Assembly (NCBI RefSeq): GCF_052425735.1
Contig: NC_135760.1
Coordinates: 21,762,001-21,826,000, forward strand
DNA from: Oculina patagonica
Lineage: Eukaryota
Length of the DNA: 64,000 nucleotides
Reading direction: 5' to 3'
Positions 1-12,865 of the stretch are shown one piece after another. The notes under the pieces were generated by a model that saw only the letters and a list, made by a program, of their open reading frames with translations, was not told the origin of the DNA and made no database searches. The first letter of the stretch is position 1. The number at the start of each line of letters is the position of its first letter. Made by a program: the position numbers and the translations under genes.

Positions 1-1596
1 AATATTGTTGGTTGCGGTCAGATAAATCGAATTACAAAACAGACAAACAAGGTGCCGTGAAGTATAGACGTTTTTGTATTTTAAGCAAGCTCATGCAAGC
101 AGTGAACTTCCATGGAACGTATCCAAAAATGGCTGTCAAAACTATTTTTTACCAAAATGATTTTGGCCGTATTTTTTTAAAAGAGATTAATTAATACATA
201 AAAAGGAATTACAAAACATGTGATCTTGAGAAAGTTATGTATTTCATTTTTAAGACATTAATGCTATATAATATTATCGTGAAGAAATTTTAAAATATTG
301 TAAGGTCTGAGACAGCATATCAAACCTAGCCTCGTTTACATGTTCTCCTTTACCATTCTCCCAAGCGAGGCCGAACTGAATCAGAAGAAAACATTTTATG
401 TAATAAATTGATTTTGTTTTACACCCTTATACCTAAAAGCCAAGTTAAACATGATTTTAATATCTACTGAAAATAGCCTATCGAAGTTGTCATCGAATAA
501 GAACATTGCTAAAACCTAAACACAGTGACTCATATTGACCCAATTTTTATCGTTCGCATGTAATTGGTTTCAAATGATTCTTGCTAAGTGTTGAAAATCA
601 ACGACAGTCATTATTTAATACGGCGTATGTCTATATTCCCTAGTTCTAATGTTCCAGTATTCATGCATCACATGTATGGACAGAAACCGACGTTTGCAAG
701 AAAATTGAACTGAGGGCTGCAAGTTTTGAGTTATCTCAAAACCGTTGAGAATGTCAAATCACGCCCATGTTGTTTGAATTACTGATAATCTCTAATCTGT
801 TGACTTTCAGCTTGATAAATGTAGAGTGTCTTTGGTCGGTTAAGAAGACTTGACTTGTATTTATCTTATCTTGCTGATGGAACCAAAATCTTTTTCTTTT
901 TCGGTCAGGGGGTCGTTGGTTTCAGTGACAGCGTTAAAAATCGAGCCCAGCCCTCTAAAGTTGTGTTGTGACGAGACCTTATTGACTAGTTCGTGGTTTT
1001 TCTCTGTCCTTTTGAATAATGCCCTAATCCTTTGGAATTTTCACTATTGTTGATCAATTACTTGTTCATTTTAAGATTTATTTTTAGGCGTATTTGATGT
1101 TTGTCTTGTTTTGTAAACTGTTATTTTGAGGTTTCCTTTGATTTGAAGGTAGTTTTGAGCACCTTTTAAAAAATTCATGACATGACATAGTTTCTTTAAA
1201 ATTTGACTGAAGACTTTTTTTTACTTAACTTAGTTCAATCAAAAGTTGAAGAAGATTTTCATGAACGAAGGATTCTTGGTATAATTTAGTTCATCCAAGG
1301 GTCCATTCCAGATTCAATTTCATCATCTGATGATGTAAGCCTAGCGTTGCCTGGTGACGACATCGACCAAAAAAAAAAATACACGACTGAGATAACACGA
1401 GGGTGCTATACATGCACGACTTAACATCATATTTGTCTTAAAATTATAAATACGGAATCAAGCATGCAGATTGTTACTATAAAGCAATTGATCAACTTAT
1501 AGAGGAAACTTTCTTTAAATAGAATAAAACTCTTCCAGCAGTACAATAGAGAAATGTACGAATGTCAGGAGGTAGATTTTGTACGCTGACACATAC

Positions 1597-1767
1597 CATA
1601 TGATTCTGATAAGCTGTGACAGCCATGAACTGCGTTTCAGCAAAAATGAACGTGCGCAAGTGATCCTTGTTCATTTCATGGAGATTCGCTCTGGTGCTTC
1701 CTTTCTCGGATTCGTCGAGAATTACGTGGAATCGAGGCTGGTACTTGTGCATGGAATTGAGGATAAT
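1597..1767 (-). CDS. TBX1: Tbx1/10 paralog A exon 4
   Basis: [15 protein letters not shown]...[11 protein letters not shown]; ttgcag acceptor, GTATGT donor. Confidence 0.93.
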
Positions 1768-4700
1768 CTGCAAGACAAAACGAGAGCCAATCAGAACAGT
1801 GGAACTGTGTCATGGACCAATCAGTACTCGAGCCAAACCGGTATCAAGCGCGGGAAAATATGCAATTTACGTCAAGCGCGGGAAAAAGATGTAACCGGTG
1901 CCAAGTTCGGGAAAAGATGCACCGGTGTCATGCGCTAGAAAAGATGCAATTGATGTCAAGCGCGGGAAAAAGATGGGGTGTCAAGCGCGGGAAAAGATGC
2001 ACCAGTGTCAAGCGCGGGAAAAGATGCAACCGGTGCCAAACGCGGGAAAAGTTGCGCAGGCAAATCATAAAATGGTTTGTTTTCAGACCTCAGTTCAACA
2101 CAGAAATCAAACAACTCCTGATGATCGAATGAGTTAATAAAGTGGATTCGGACATAGATTCAGCCCGGTTGTAAAGAATTGGCGATGAGTTTGCCAGGAC
2201 CCTCGTAATACAAAGTTTGAAAGTGCATCCAGGCTCGTGTAACGTTTTCCATGAGAAGTTCACCTTGGAGAATTTTCTGAGCTTGCGATTTTTGGCGAAG
2301 TTGCTAAGCAACATAGAATATAAGTGACACGTGTTAACTCGGATTCCGAAGGAAAAATATTTCCTTTCTAGCTGATATTTAATAAAGTACAATCTGTATT
2401 AGTTAAGTTTTTGTTTTTTTTTTTTTTTTTTGGGACATTAAATCCCACGTTTATCGATCATCTCATTATATAGTGATAAATGAGTTTTATTTGAACAAAA
2501 TTCTACAATAATTTGAGTGTCGAAAGATCCAATTTTAGGTTATTGCCAAACCTTAAACCACACTCTATGATCCGTGCAGACAGTCGTTCAATTAACTTGT
2601 CTTCCTCGATAATTTTTCCGGTGCCGTCTCTTTTAAACGTAAACTAAGTGCAATAATCAGAGATTATGTCTCCCAAGTTGAAGTCAACAACCAAATTAAA
2701 AATATTGCTTAGTTGTTGCCAATAATAACAAAAGCTTAACGAGAATTTCCCTCCGGGTCAAGTGAAGAACTCCTTAATAGTGCAAAAATAGCGGATGCTG
2801 CTAACAGAAACACCCGAATTGTTATTGGAGGTTTTGTTCAAAAACAACTCATTTTACACACTGCAATTTTTAATCGATAATGGACGTGAGTTTTAATAAA
2901 CTTTAATAAAAGGGTGGTTGGCTTTTTACTACCACGGTTATTTTCAAAACCCCTGATATATATAGCTTGTTTAAAGAGGTTTGCTTGTTTGCTCTTGAAT
3001 TCACTATGTCATGTCTTAAAGGTAAGGTAAACGTTAAGGTAATTTATTTAGTGTCAAATACACAGAAAGTGGCCTCCAAAGCCCGAACCAGAGGCACTCG
3101 AAGTTTTAGAACAAAAGTTAACGAATAGATCGCTTAATTATAAATGTACGTATAAAGGGCCTATTTCGACTTAATTTCGAGGAAAACCACAAAGCCAAAG
3201 CCGTGGCAGGCAGTTGGAGAAGGATTATAAATTAAATTAAGTGTTAGGATTTCAGATGATTAATAAGAATTTCCGCGCCTAATTCAGAAACAAAAATAAT
3301 GAATTTCCTGAAATTTTAGACGTAAACAATTTTAAATGACGGGAAAAATACTTCGGCCCACCTAGTAGCTTCGGAAAAATATGTCGCAAAATATAGTAAG
3401 CAAAATAATTTCTCGCGAATATGGTTCAGATTAGCGCAAAAAAGATAGGAATTTTTAATATCAGAATCTAGTTTCCAACCATTCCCTATTAGTTTGTCAA
3501 GATAACTTGCTGATAAGTACGTTATTTTTTCTAAGGAATTCACAGAGAAGTAAACAACATGAATGTGTACGTGAAACTATTTTCATATTTTGTCCACCTA
3601 CATTTTTTTCGTGACGAAACGTCGAACGTTTTAGATAACACGTGATCATGCAACTTAACCAATCAGAAACTTGTGATATGGTGACGTATGCCACGAAATT
3701 CGCGCCTTTTTTCTAAATTGCTAATGCGGCTTCACTTCATGAATTCGTAGACAAATCGATCGAAAGAAGAGGCATTTACTGCCACGGATAAACTCAAGGA
3801 AAATTTGTTTAAGCTTTTTCGTCTCTTACAAATGATAGTTCATACAGGTTTTAGAAAAGGAAAGAACCACTTTCGCGACTTACATGCCCGTTGTCATCCA
3901 TAAGGTTGTTGGTCAGTTTAAGTTTGTCAAAAGACACGATTTGTTTCATCCATTGCTGTCCAGTGCAGGGTGAGTCGGGGTGAATGTGCACTCTCCCAGG
4001 TACACTGGAGTCTGCTTTGCCTGCTACCAACCACTTGGAGCTGTGAAACGCGTAGCGATAGCGTTTGTCATCTACGGGTACAAAGTCCATCATTAGGATG
4101 TACTTGGACGAGGGGTCCAATCCTTGAAGGCGCACTTGGAATGTAGGAAACATGCGCCTAAAGAGAATAAGTTTGAAGGCATTTGTCAGTGTTTTCATCT
4201 CCGCATTACAAGGCGTGTCTTTTTAACTACATAAACAATCAAATAAGTAAACAAAGAAACGAACGATGATGTACTCATCGGTGAATTCCTATTGATAAAT
4301 TGCACATTTCCTAAAAGTCAAACCTTAGATGGCTATTCAAATGGAAGCCATTGCGCAGTTCTTTTATGTTGCACTGTTTACTAAGTGTCAGTGCTAGGCG
4401 GTTCTGACGTGACGACTCTGTGGATGGACCTCTAGTGTTGTAACTATTTAAATAAAAGCTTTTCAGGAGTGATGCTGTTTTTATAATGCTGTACTGACTT
4501 TTACTAACTTTGACATGTAATTCTACTAGTATGTGTGACCATTGAAAACAATCTATTGAGCAGTACTTTCATATGGATATGGTGCTGTTTATTATGCTGT
4601 ACAAGGTGCGGTCCTCGACTAACCTTTTAACTGATGTTTGTGGATGAAATTTGTATGAGCATTATGAAAGCCACTGAGCAGAATTTTATTGTAGCTAGTT

Positions 4701-7700
4701 CTGTTTATTGTGCTGCACAAAGTAATTCTAATTTTCAAATCTATAGATAAAACTCTACCTGGTGTGCGACCATTTAACTCGGAAAGCTACGTTGCAGCAC
4801 TCTCGTGTGGAACCGCTGTTTATTACACAGTACAAGGTGTGTCCAGCTTTTGCGTTTTCAAATGAACAACTAGCATGTAGCTATTCAAATAAAAGCTATC
4901 CCGAGCAGTACCTTTATGAAGTGTTGTGTGTTTTCAACATTTTGCAAAATGAATTTTTTTTCTAAACTCGACCACTTTTGGGAGTGAACTGGAGTAATGT
5001 TTACGTGCGAGTATAACAGGTTTTGAGGCAACCTCCACAGCACGAAAATTGGGATTTACATTAAATTAAAGGTGGTTAAATCTGGTGTAAAGTCGGTTAT
5101 CCAACTTTACACCATCAATTAAATGTTGTTAAAGGTGGTTAAACCAAGCTTTACACTACCGTGTGTAAATGTGATTTAAAGTTGGTGGAAAGGAGTCTCT
5201 TTATCTGCCTTTATCTTGAGAGTAAAGCTGGGATAAAGGTCAGCTTAAAAAATGTAAAGTCAGTGTATAGCTGAATAAATTCCACTTTATTCCAGCTTTA
5301 TTTAAGCTTTACACCACGGTAAAGTTATATTTTCATGCTGTGCTCAGACCCTGGGAACGAGGTTGGTTTTGAGGTTGGGATAGTCTTTTCTCAACCTTTG
5401 AAAGACACTGCAAACCTGGGGAACACTCGCTGGCTACGGGAAGGTCGGGATCCTTTACAGCTAGTTCAATCTTCGCGGGAGGCAAGTAGGATAGACAGAA
5501 CTTTTAAAGCCAAGCACTTTCTTTACTTCCAAGAATATAACCAAAGAGATTATTTTTAATAAACCAAATAAAACCGGATAATGGCATTTTCTCTCTCCAA
5601 ACAATTAACTTTAGGATGTCGCTGCATTAAGCTTGTCTATAGATTAACAGCCGAAAATAAGACACATAAACAAAAAGATGGAGAAAATATAGCTTAATAA
5701 GCAGACAAACTGAAATACAAACAAACAAGTAAACTGCAAACGTTTTAGGAAGTTATCGACAGAGAAGTCTATAATTACAACCAATGCAAATGTCTTTACG
5801 GCGCATGATGGCTTAATTCACGTTCGAAGAGACTTTCCTTTCCCTTTTGGCACATGCCTTAAATGAAGTACAACATGAAATACCTCGAAAGAGGAGGAAT
5901 TGGTGTGGAAGTGATATAGAACCAACACAATACACCCAAGACGTAGCGATGATTTTCTGTTTTCTCGTCACCTGTCTGCTTGAAAATGCACTGATATTGT
6001 AGGGAGAAATGAGTGTTTTACATTCCCGGAGGAAGTCTGGTTATATAAGCATTGCCGGTCTTGGACATTAAGTCTCTGCTGAGAACTCAGTGACAATTTA
6101 GTAGTAAGGTAGGTAGGTAATGTAGGGAATAGCAAAGGTTTTAAGAATCAGAGTAAAAATTTTAAAAAAATTTTTATTTTTTTTTTTTTTTCGGGGTGGG
6201 GAAATTTGTTTTTTTGGAAAGAAAAAAAGAAAAAGGAAAAAAAGAGAAGGAGAAAAAAAAAAAAAAGGGGGGGAAAGGGGGGGGGGGGCGCCCCCCCCCC
6301 CCCCCCCCCCCCCCCGTAAACTAATTTTTAATTAGACTATGTATATCTCACTGTTTATATCGCCTTTGTCCTATCGTATATAATAATAGGATTTTGTCCT
6401 CAGCAGACTCAAACGGTAAAACTACATTGCATTCCTGATTTCAATTAGTTCCGACTCAGCTAGGAGGCCACGAAAGACGTTAGGCAATGTGAAATGTCAA
6501 GTGCTGTGGGTTATTTGATTAATATTTTCAATCAAATTCCTCGAAAGTAAATTAGTAAAAGCTACGTGGAAGAGAAAAAAATATATACGCGACTATTATA
6601 TAAATCTGCTTGCACAAAAATTGCACAGCACTGCAAAAACGACTATTTCATGGCAGGGAAGAACTGTAAAAGAAATACACGATATGCGAAGAAAAGGTCA
6701 TACATAATTGCTTAAAAAGGTTGTAATTTTTAACTAATACAAATGATTTGTAAGGAAAAATTACCGGATTAATCTAGAGGAAAACGATTTTACTGATTTC
6801 CAAGCACCTAAAATGGTTTGTTGCAACGAAATCTAATAACGCAACAAATGGTCTAAAATCTTGGGCTTCGTCTTTCAAGGACAGGGTAGCTCTTCTAAAG
6901 TTAATTAAATTGACGTCATTCACTTCAGATGATACTGAAACTTTGCCCCAAGGAAGCACAAGAATGCAACGGAAGGATTATTTCTCAAATCAATTACTAG
7001 GCTGTTTTAAGTTTCAATCAACGTTGTTTACCTTATGGTTGTTAACTTGTGGCTAAAACCCTCCATTAAATTGAACGAAAGGGTACGTTCGTGCTTGTTT
7101 TCATCCCTTACCTTTTTAGCCTACAATCGTTTGGTACGCGGTCTCTAAAATCTTCTGCAGAGCTGTATTTAGTTACTTAAGGTCAGAAGTACTGTATTTT
7201 TAAAAGTGCCACTTCTTTAAATAAGAGCTTAAAAGCGTGCGGCTTAAAGCAATAAAATCTTCCAGTATTTTAGAATCCATGAGTTACCAAGCAAAAAGCT
7301 AAAACTCAAGGGAAAAAACAACGCCGCGCGCGAAAATTGTGCCCTTTGCAATTTTGATCAGAATCTTCGGTCACTTCGCTTCGCGAGCTGAAATAAAGAA
7401 TATAGAGCTCTAGCGACTTCAGTTTCCGCTCTAATTCATCTCCCATTTTCACCTATGCTTTCCACAACAGTGTTTTTATTGCTGTATTGTTGTCGTGTAA
7501 TTTCTTCGAGCCATCCGTCAACGAGCAACTTATTGCCCATTCCGTTTGGTGTTTAGATCTTGTAATTACACCCTGGTTCCTTTTCATCATAATCAATCTT
7601 TCACGGCTGCTACGCTGTCGTTTGTCTGAAAACCTCTAAATAAAAGCGACAATGGACATCCGTGTCCCATCGCTAGAACTCCATTTCTGATGAAAGATTT

Positions 7701-8669
7701 ACAAGAATCGAGAAACATAGATCTGTACTTTGAAGCAATTATCGTTTTTTTTCCCTTCACGCCGAAAGATATTTTAAGCACATGTGCTTTGTACTCGAGT
7801 TTTCGATTTCCTGTTTATACCTCCCCAGGTTTGCAGACAAATTTTCGAAACCAGAGATTTTGTATCGGTTGTGGTTGCAAGCAAAGGGTCAGCAAAAGGA
7901 GGCGATTTCTCCCTCGAAATCACGGAACCAGTATTGGAAATCTGATATGAAAAATCACTGTATCTATTATTAAACAAAATAGAAATCTTGAGATAACTAA
8001 ATGAGCCTACATTAACTTCACCTTGGATTAGACCTTGATAGGGGCAATAAACAGTAAAGTGGAGTAAGAATAGAAGGCTACCCCTACTAAGCTAAATGAG
8101 TGCGTGATTTAAAAAGTACCTTCCTGCTTTTGTCACTATCATCTCTGTGCCTAGTGAGTGAAATTCCTCCCACAAACTCTTCATTTCCAAGTCGACTCGT
8201 GCGTTTATTAACCCACTGCATAATGGCCTTGAAACTGCGGCTTGAGAGCAGGAAGATTGAACTGGAGGCGGACTTGAAGCAGGGGAGTTCCCTGTATCGC
8301 TCTCCTCGTCCGAATCCTCCGGCATTAGCTGTTTATCTAGTCCTCTCATGGGCGTTCTCTTCCCCGTTCCTACGTTCATGAGGCGCTCTGAAAAACAAAT
8401 TACAAGCACAGACGGTAATGAACTCTCAGGAAAACCGCAGGGAACGCTATCCGGCTGCAATGATTGATGGCGCGCGCGATATGGGTTAGAGTCACATCTC
8501 TGCGTGCGCGGCGTAATTTACCTTCCATTTCTCTGAGCAGCACTTGCGAGTTCCAGTGATAGTTTGGATTCTGGTGCAAAAACGCGAGGTCTGCGAGTTG
8601 TGCTCGGTCGATCAGGTGTGCAATGGAGAAAGCGTTCGCCTTAGGGGACAGAAAACCAGAACTGTCCAT
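1597..8669 (-). CDS. TBX1: T-box transcription factor, Tbx1/10 class, paralog A. Exons 8669-8522, 8387-8120, 4157-3884, 1767-1597; remaining 3' exons lie beyond the left edge or are missing
   Basis: GT-AG introns with consistent phases (1,2,0,0). The spliced product reads [32 protein letters not shown]...YAFHSS...[50 protein letters not shown]...AVTAYQNH, the Tbx1/10 signature rather than Tbx20. No [17 protein letters not shown] exon was found in 1-1596. Confidence 0.9.
1843..2051. repeat. Minisatellite, about 8 copies of a ~27-bp unit (caagcgcgggaaaagatgcaccggtgt)
   Basis: Repeated caagcgcgggaaaa core visible directly; it explains the spurious ORFs at 1812 and 1898. Confidence 0.85.
3884..4157 (-). 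CDS. TBX1: Tbx1/10 paralog A exon 3 (T-box core)
   Basis: [19 protein letters not shown]...LMDDNGH; ctttag acceptor, GTAAGT donor. Confidence 0.95.
4440..4960. repeat. Degenerate tandem array of a ~80-110 bp repeat (aaagctattgagcagtacttt...gctgtttattatgctgtacaaggtg) in Tbx paralog A intron 2
   Basis: About 5 degenerate copies; same family as 20590-20890 and 23230-23890. Confidence 0.7.
5029..5365. mobile_element. Non-autonomous TIR element CAACCTC...GAGGTTG with 9-bp TSD gttttgagg, containing a nested CACAGCA...TGCTGTG element (5036-5342, 3-bp TSD ctc)
   Basis: TSD at 5020-5028 and 5366-5374; inner TIR cacagcacgaaaat / attttcatgctgtg. Confidence 0.7.
8120..8387 (-). CDS. TBX1: Tbx1/10 paralog A exon 2 (start of T-box)
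   Basis: tttttcag acceptor; [10 protein letters not shown]...[10 protein letters not shown]; donor AG|GTAC. Confidence 0.9.
8522..8669 (-). CDS. TBX1: Tbx1/10 paralog A exon 1 (contains eh1-like [14 protein letters not shown])
   Basis: ATG at 8669; donor GAAG|GTAAAT at 8521; homologous to paralog B exon 1. Confidence 0.85.
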
Positions 8670-11600
8670 AACACGGAGTTAATATCCGATAAAAGGTCGA
8701 GTTTGGCTCGCTAGATTCGATTGCTGATTTGCGTTGTCTGGTGATGTGGTCTGTAGTGATGTCCTTATGTTAGATGACCCAATCCGCATACGTGCTGGTA
8801 AAAATCCGTGCCAAGAGCTGGAACATATCCCTTAACCATTAATTAGTTAATTGACGGGCACCGACATTGTCAGTTGTGGCGTATGGAATTTTTTTCAGGC
8901 TCTAAAACGATCGATTCACGTGGATTCGAGCCTCTGCAGGCATGCACGCGCATAATTTGTTAGCTTATCTGAGATGAGCGCTGCAATTGCGGATCAGTGG
9001 GCTAACACTCTTCTTGGACACATCGGGTTCGGATTTTGGAGTGGATTGATGAACGAAAGGTTGTTAATGCATTTGCTGTATTAAAAGGTACTATTTTATT
9101 GCCCGGGGTCGTAACCCCATCCTAGATAGCGCAGGGGGTACATCTGCTGTCCTCATCAGCCGCTTTCTGTCAGTCAACTTGTTGTAAACCAGGTGTAAAT
9201 GAGGCCTCGTAGATGAAATCCGTTTTCCACAACGACATTATCACACTTAACTCGACAAAATACGCGGTAATCCGTTAGTTTTCAAGTAGGTATTTGTTTT
9301 GGCGCTCATTATTTCCGAAAATCGGGCATCGCACAAGTTAGACGAGCCATGGAGGAATGTTAAGGGAATTTTTGTCGTTTCCTATTTTAATAACGCGAGG
9401 CACTGAACGTATCAAATTTTCCAAGGAATGCAGCAACGATTAAACCAAATAACTTAAAAATCTGCTTGGTTTGCTCTAATAGGAGGTTACTGCAAGCAAA
9501 ACAAAATCAAGGTCGTTACAGAGAAAACTGAGACATTTGATGTTATGTTCAACAATAATACAATGCTGTGCTTTAATATGTATACAGACAAAAATGATCA
9601 TCGATCATCGCAGCCCAGGAGTCTTTTTGACCCCAGCTCAGGAACATTGACGCTTAACGCACGACATTACATATATCTGTCAGCAGAAATATCAGTGAAA
9701 TCTCAACAACGTTACTCACAAATGATAAGAGGTGTGATAGAGAAGGGAAGGAAATAGCTCGTTCTTGAGCGACTATCACTTAGATGTGCGTTTGATTCAT
9801 CACTTCATGGCACACTTGAACATGCTTACACGCACGCAAAGCACAAACGCGTGCGCGTGTCTATCTCATCATAACATGATTGGTTGTTTTATGAATGACG
9901 AGGGGGGGGGCACTCCTCCTAGATTGAAATGTTCGGGGACCCCTTAAGCACGGAGTAATATGGTCTATATAGCACGAAAGGTCGGCATAATAGTAAACTC
10001 TAACTATGGAATAAAGGATTATTTAAACTGAAATAATTAATTTCATAATGTAGCTTTTGCAGCCCGGCGCGTACGTTTTGAATAGGTGATAACAAAAATA
10101 TAAGGATAATAATTGCAACCGCTAGTTTCTACGTAACTGGCAACCGTAGGATTTGAGGACAATAAGATTAACATTATTAAAAATTTACGTCTGTAAAAGA
10201 GCGCAGAATGGGCTTTTGGTGAGAACCAGCAAGATTGGACATTTTCAGTTATAATTTTGCGTTTAATTTTAAATATTACTCATCGATCTACACCAGATAA
10301 AGTTTCTGCTGCTCTTTTTCAATGATTAATTCATAGTAATAAATCTCTTATTAGCCAAGATCTCTGGATGTACAGCTTAATATAGTATAGATCAACAAGC
10401 CACTCAATCGCATGTTTTGGGTTCAAGGCGAGATAGTTTTCATAGCTGTGCCACGCCATTGTGCGCAATGTTGCTTAGCAGACACACTTTAAAAATTGTT
10501 GCGCGCAATGTTACAGAAGGCTATTCTAATCTGCGCGCGATAGCAATTAAGAAACTGCGCACAACCAAGTTAGCCCTGGTTCATAGTCTGTACATTACAA
10601 TTAGGTGAAGTTCACATGGAATTGTGATTTATTCAACAACTTTCACAGTGCCAAGAACTTCGTTGAAATGATCTGTCTTTAGTAGCATTTTTTAGTGTTG
10701 GGGTGGTACGTTGAAGAAACTTGCTCTCATGACAGCGGTGTAGTAAAAAGAATCAGTTTAGTAAGACCAGTCTCAAAGCAAATCAACTCATGCAAAGAAC
10801 TTTTTAGCCTGTCATTTTATTTGAATTAGACGGATTTTAAGAAAGTAACTACCGCTCGACGTTAGGTGGGGCTAAAAACGAACGTTTGGATGTCAGGGGT
10901 GGGGTACCAATTTTGATATCTAAGTAATCCCCCTCTCCCAACGCGCGCCCTCTTTTGATCATTTCTCGATCGATCGATGAAAAGCGTATTTGCGGATTAC
11001 TTCTTAAAACGTAACACCTCAATAACTTATGTTGTCTACTGTTTATGATCTAGACGAAGGATGTCGCACGTGCAAATCTTTCTTCAACCTTCGAAAATCA
11101 ATTTGCTCGCAGCAGAAAAATATTTACACATATTTTTCAGTTCTGGCCACCGTGGTTGAGTCGTGAAACAATACGGGTTTTTATTTTAAACGCAAGCGAT
11201 AAGAAGTTGAGAAGTGTACGTGCATGCAAAGCAAAATATTTTTTTACACCCTTAGGGCTTACAATCTTTCTCTGTGAGGGCGCACACACGCAATATAGTA
11301 TTCTTTATTGGAAAGAAGGTCGGGAATGTACCCCATAGGGAATAATACTTGGTCGATAGACTAGACCTTTAGATATCAATTGCGATATCGAACAAAACAA
11401 AACATAAATCACCATATATATCCATAGACACACCTTGCGGTTTCATGTATGCTATGTAGATCAAAGCCATATGGCTATCTAAAATTAGTTCTTGTAAAAC
11501 TCGACGTTTATTCCTTGTTATCAAAAGGCAAACTATTTGCACCTCATCTAGAAGAAATTTGCTCCATCTATAAACATAGCTAGCCGCTCAACTTAACAGC

Positions 11601-12679
11601 ATGAGAGCAAATATGGCACAAAAGATGTTCGCTATGAATTGACCTCGAGAATGGGCATCAGTCAACGTGAGTTAAATCCAATTTAATTTCATCCTGAAAG
11701 GTTCTCTGAACTTCGTCTTTCAGTTATGCGTTTGCAAACGCCCTGAAATGTAATGGCTTAGCAATAAATTGCTCATGACTGTTCCAACATTTAAACGTTT
11801 GCCGTTCTTTTCACTTCTCGTCCCTCTGCAATACTTCACTAGTGGTGATTGGCTGAGAGCCCTCTTAGAGCTAAAAAGAAAACATTTTAATGGCCTGCTG
11901 TCGACAAAGAATGCATTCGTGCATGATAACAACTCTGAGAATAGAACTCTCTTCAAACGTTTCGTGTCAGAATCTCCCCAGGAGCATTTCTAGAATTATT
12001 AAATTTGCAGGGTAATTTTGTGGCATCCAAGCCCCCTATTGTCACATAGAAGGGCCTGATGTAAAGGAGAACAAACGCGCAATATCTCAGCACGATGGTG
12101 GAATTCTCTATCGAAGCACACGAAAAGTTGAACGGAATTCGAAAGAAGCGCGGGGGCGTTGGAAGAAGCACTTAATTAATTTCCAATGAGCTTGAACTAT
12201 TTCTTTATTTGTCCACTTATATTGAAAATGGCGAATTAGCTGCAGTTAGGGCAAACTACGTAGGACAGCAACTCTCTAGCTAATTTCTCAGATAGGTCAA
12301 TAGGGGCCCGACCATTATAGTAAAATCAGCAAATATAGTGCTCTAGCTATAGGCTTATGTGCCATTAGTAGCTGTAAAGTTTTGGAATTTGTTGCCAGAT
12401 CATCAGATCTGTACAGAAACTAGCGAAAGGGACATAGCTTACAGTCGGTGAACAAGTCGAGCCAAGATTATTCATCCCTTTGTACTCATTGCGTGCCTAT
12501 GTTGCTGAAAGAAGGAACCGAATGGTATCATATATGCCATCACAGCGGAACCGGACTTGCAAAACTTTTACAGAAAACGGATGTACTCTGAGTCTGATTT
12601 TATTTAATTGTTATTACTGAGATGAAAGACAGAAACAACGATCATTGAAATAATGGGAAAGCATTGTTTTATATTAATT

Positions 12680-12865
12680 TAGACTATTAAACAGTCGTAT
12701 TTTTTGCGAACGTTCGCGGTCTTCGAACGAATTATCTGGAGCGAGTGTTAAAGACGGAGTTTCACGCCCTACGGGCGTGCGACGCACGCAACGATCTACT
12801 TTTTCTGCGCTTCACGCCTTTTGGAAAACAATTTAAGAATAAAAAAACAACTGTTTTGCAGTCTA
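12680..12865. mobile_element. MITE with imperfect TAGACT...AGTCTA TIRs
   Basis: tagactattaaacagtcgtatttttt versus aaaaaaacaactgttttgcagtcta. Confidence 0.5.

Noticed and set aside
790-1363. Possible decayed minus-strand coding sequence or missing Tbx exon 5
   Set aside because: Multiple stops and no NPFAKGF motif in any frame I could read
1812-2137. Cys/Lys-rich repetitive ORFs
   Set aside because: Translation of a 27-bp minisatellite inside a Tbx intron
6150-6320. Long A/T/G/C homopolymer stretch (also 13730-13790)
   Set aside because: Looks like low-quality sequence; no structure can be supported
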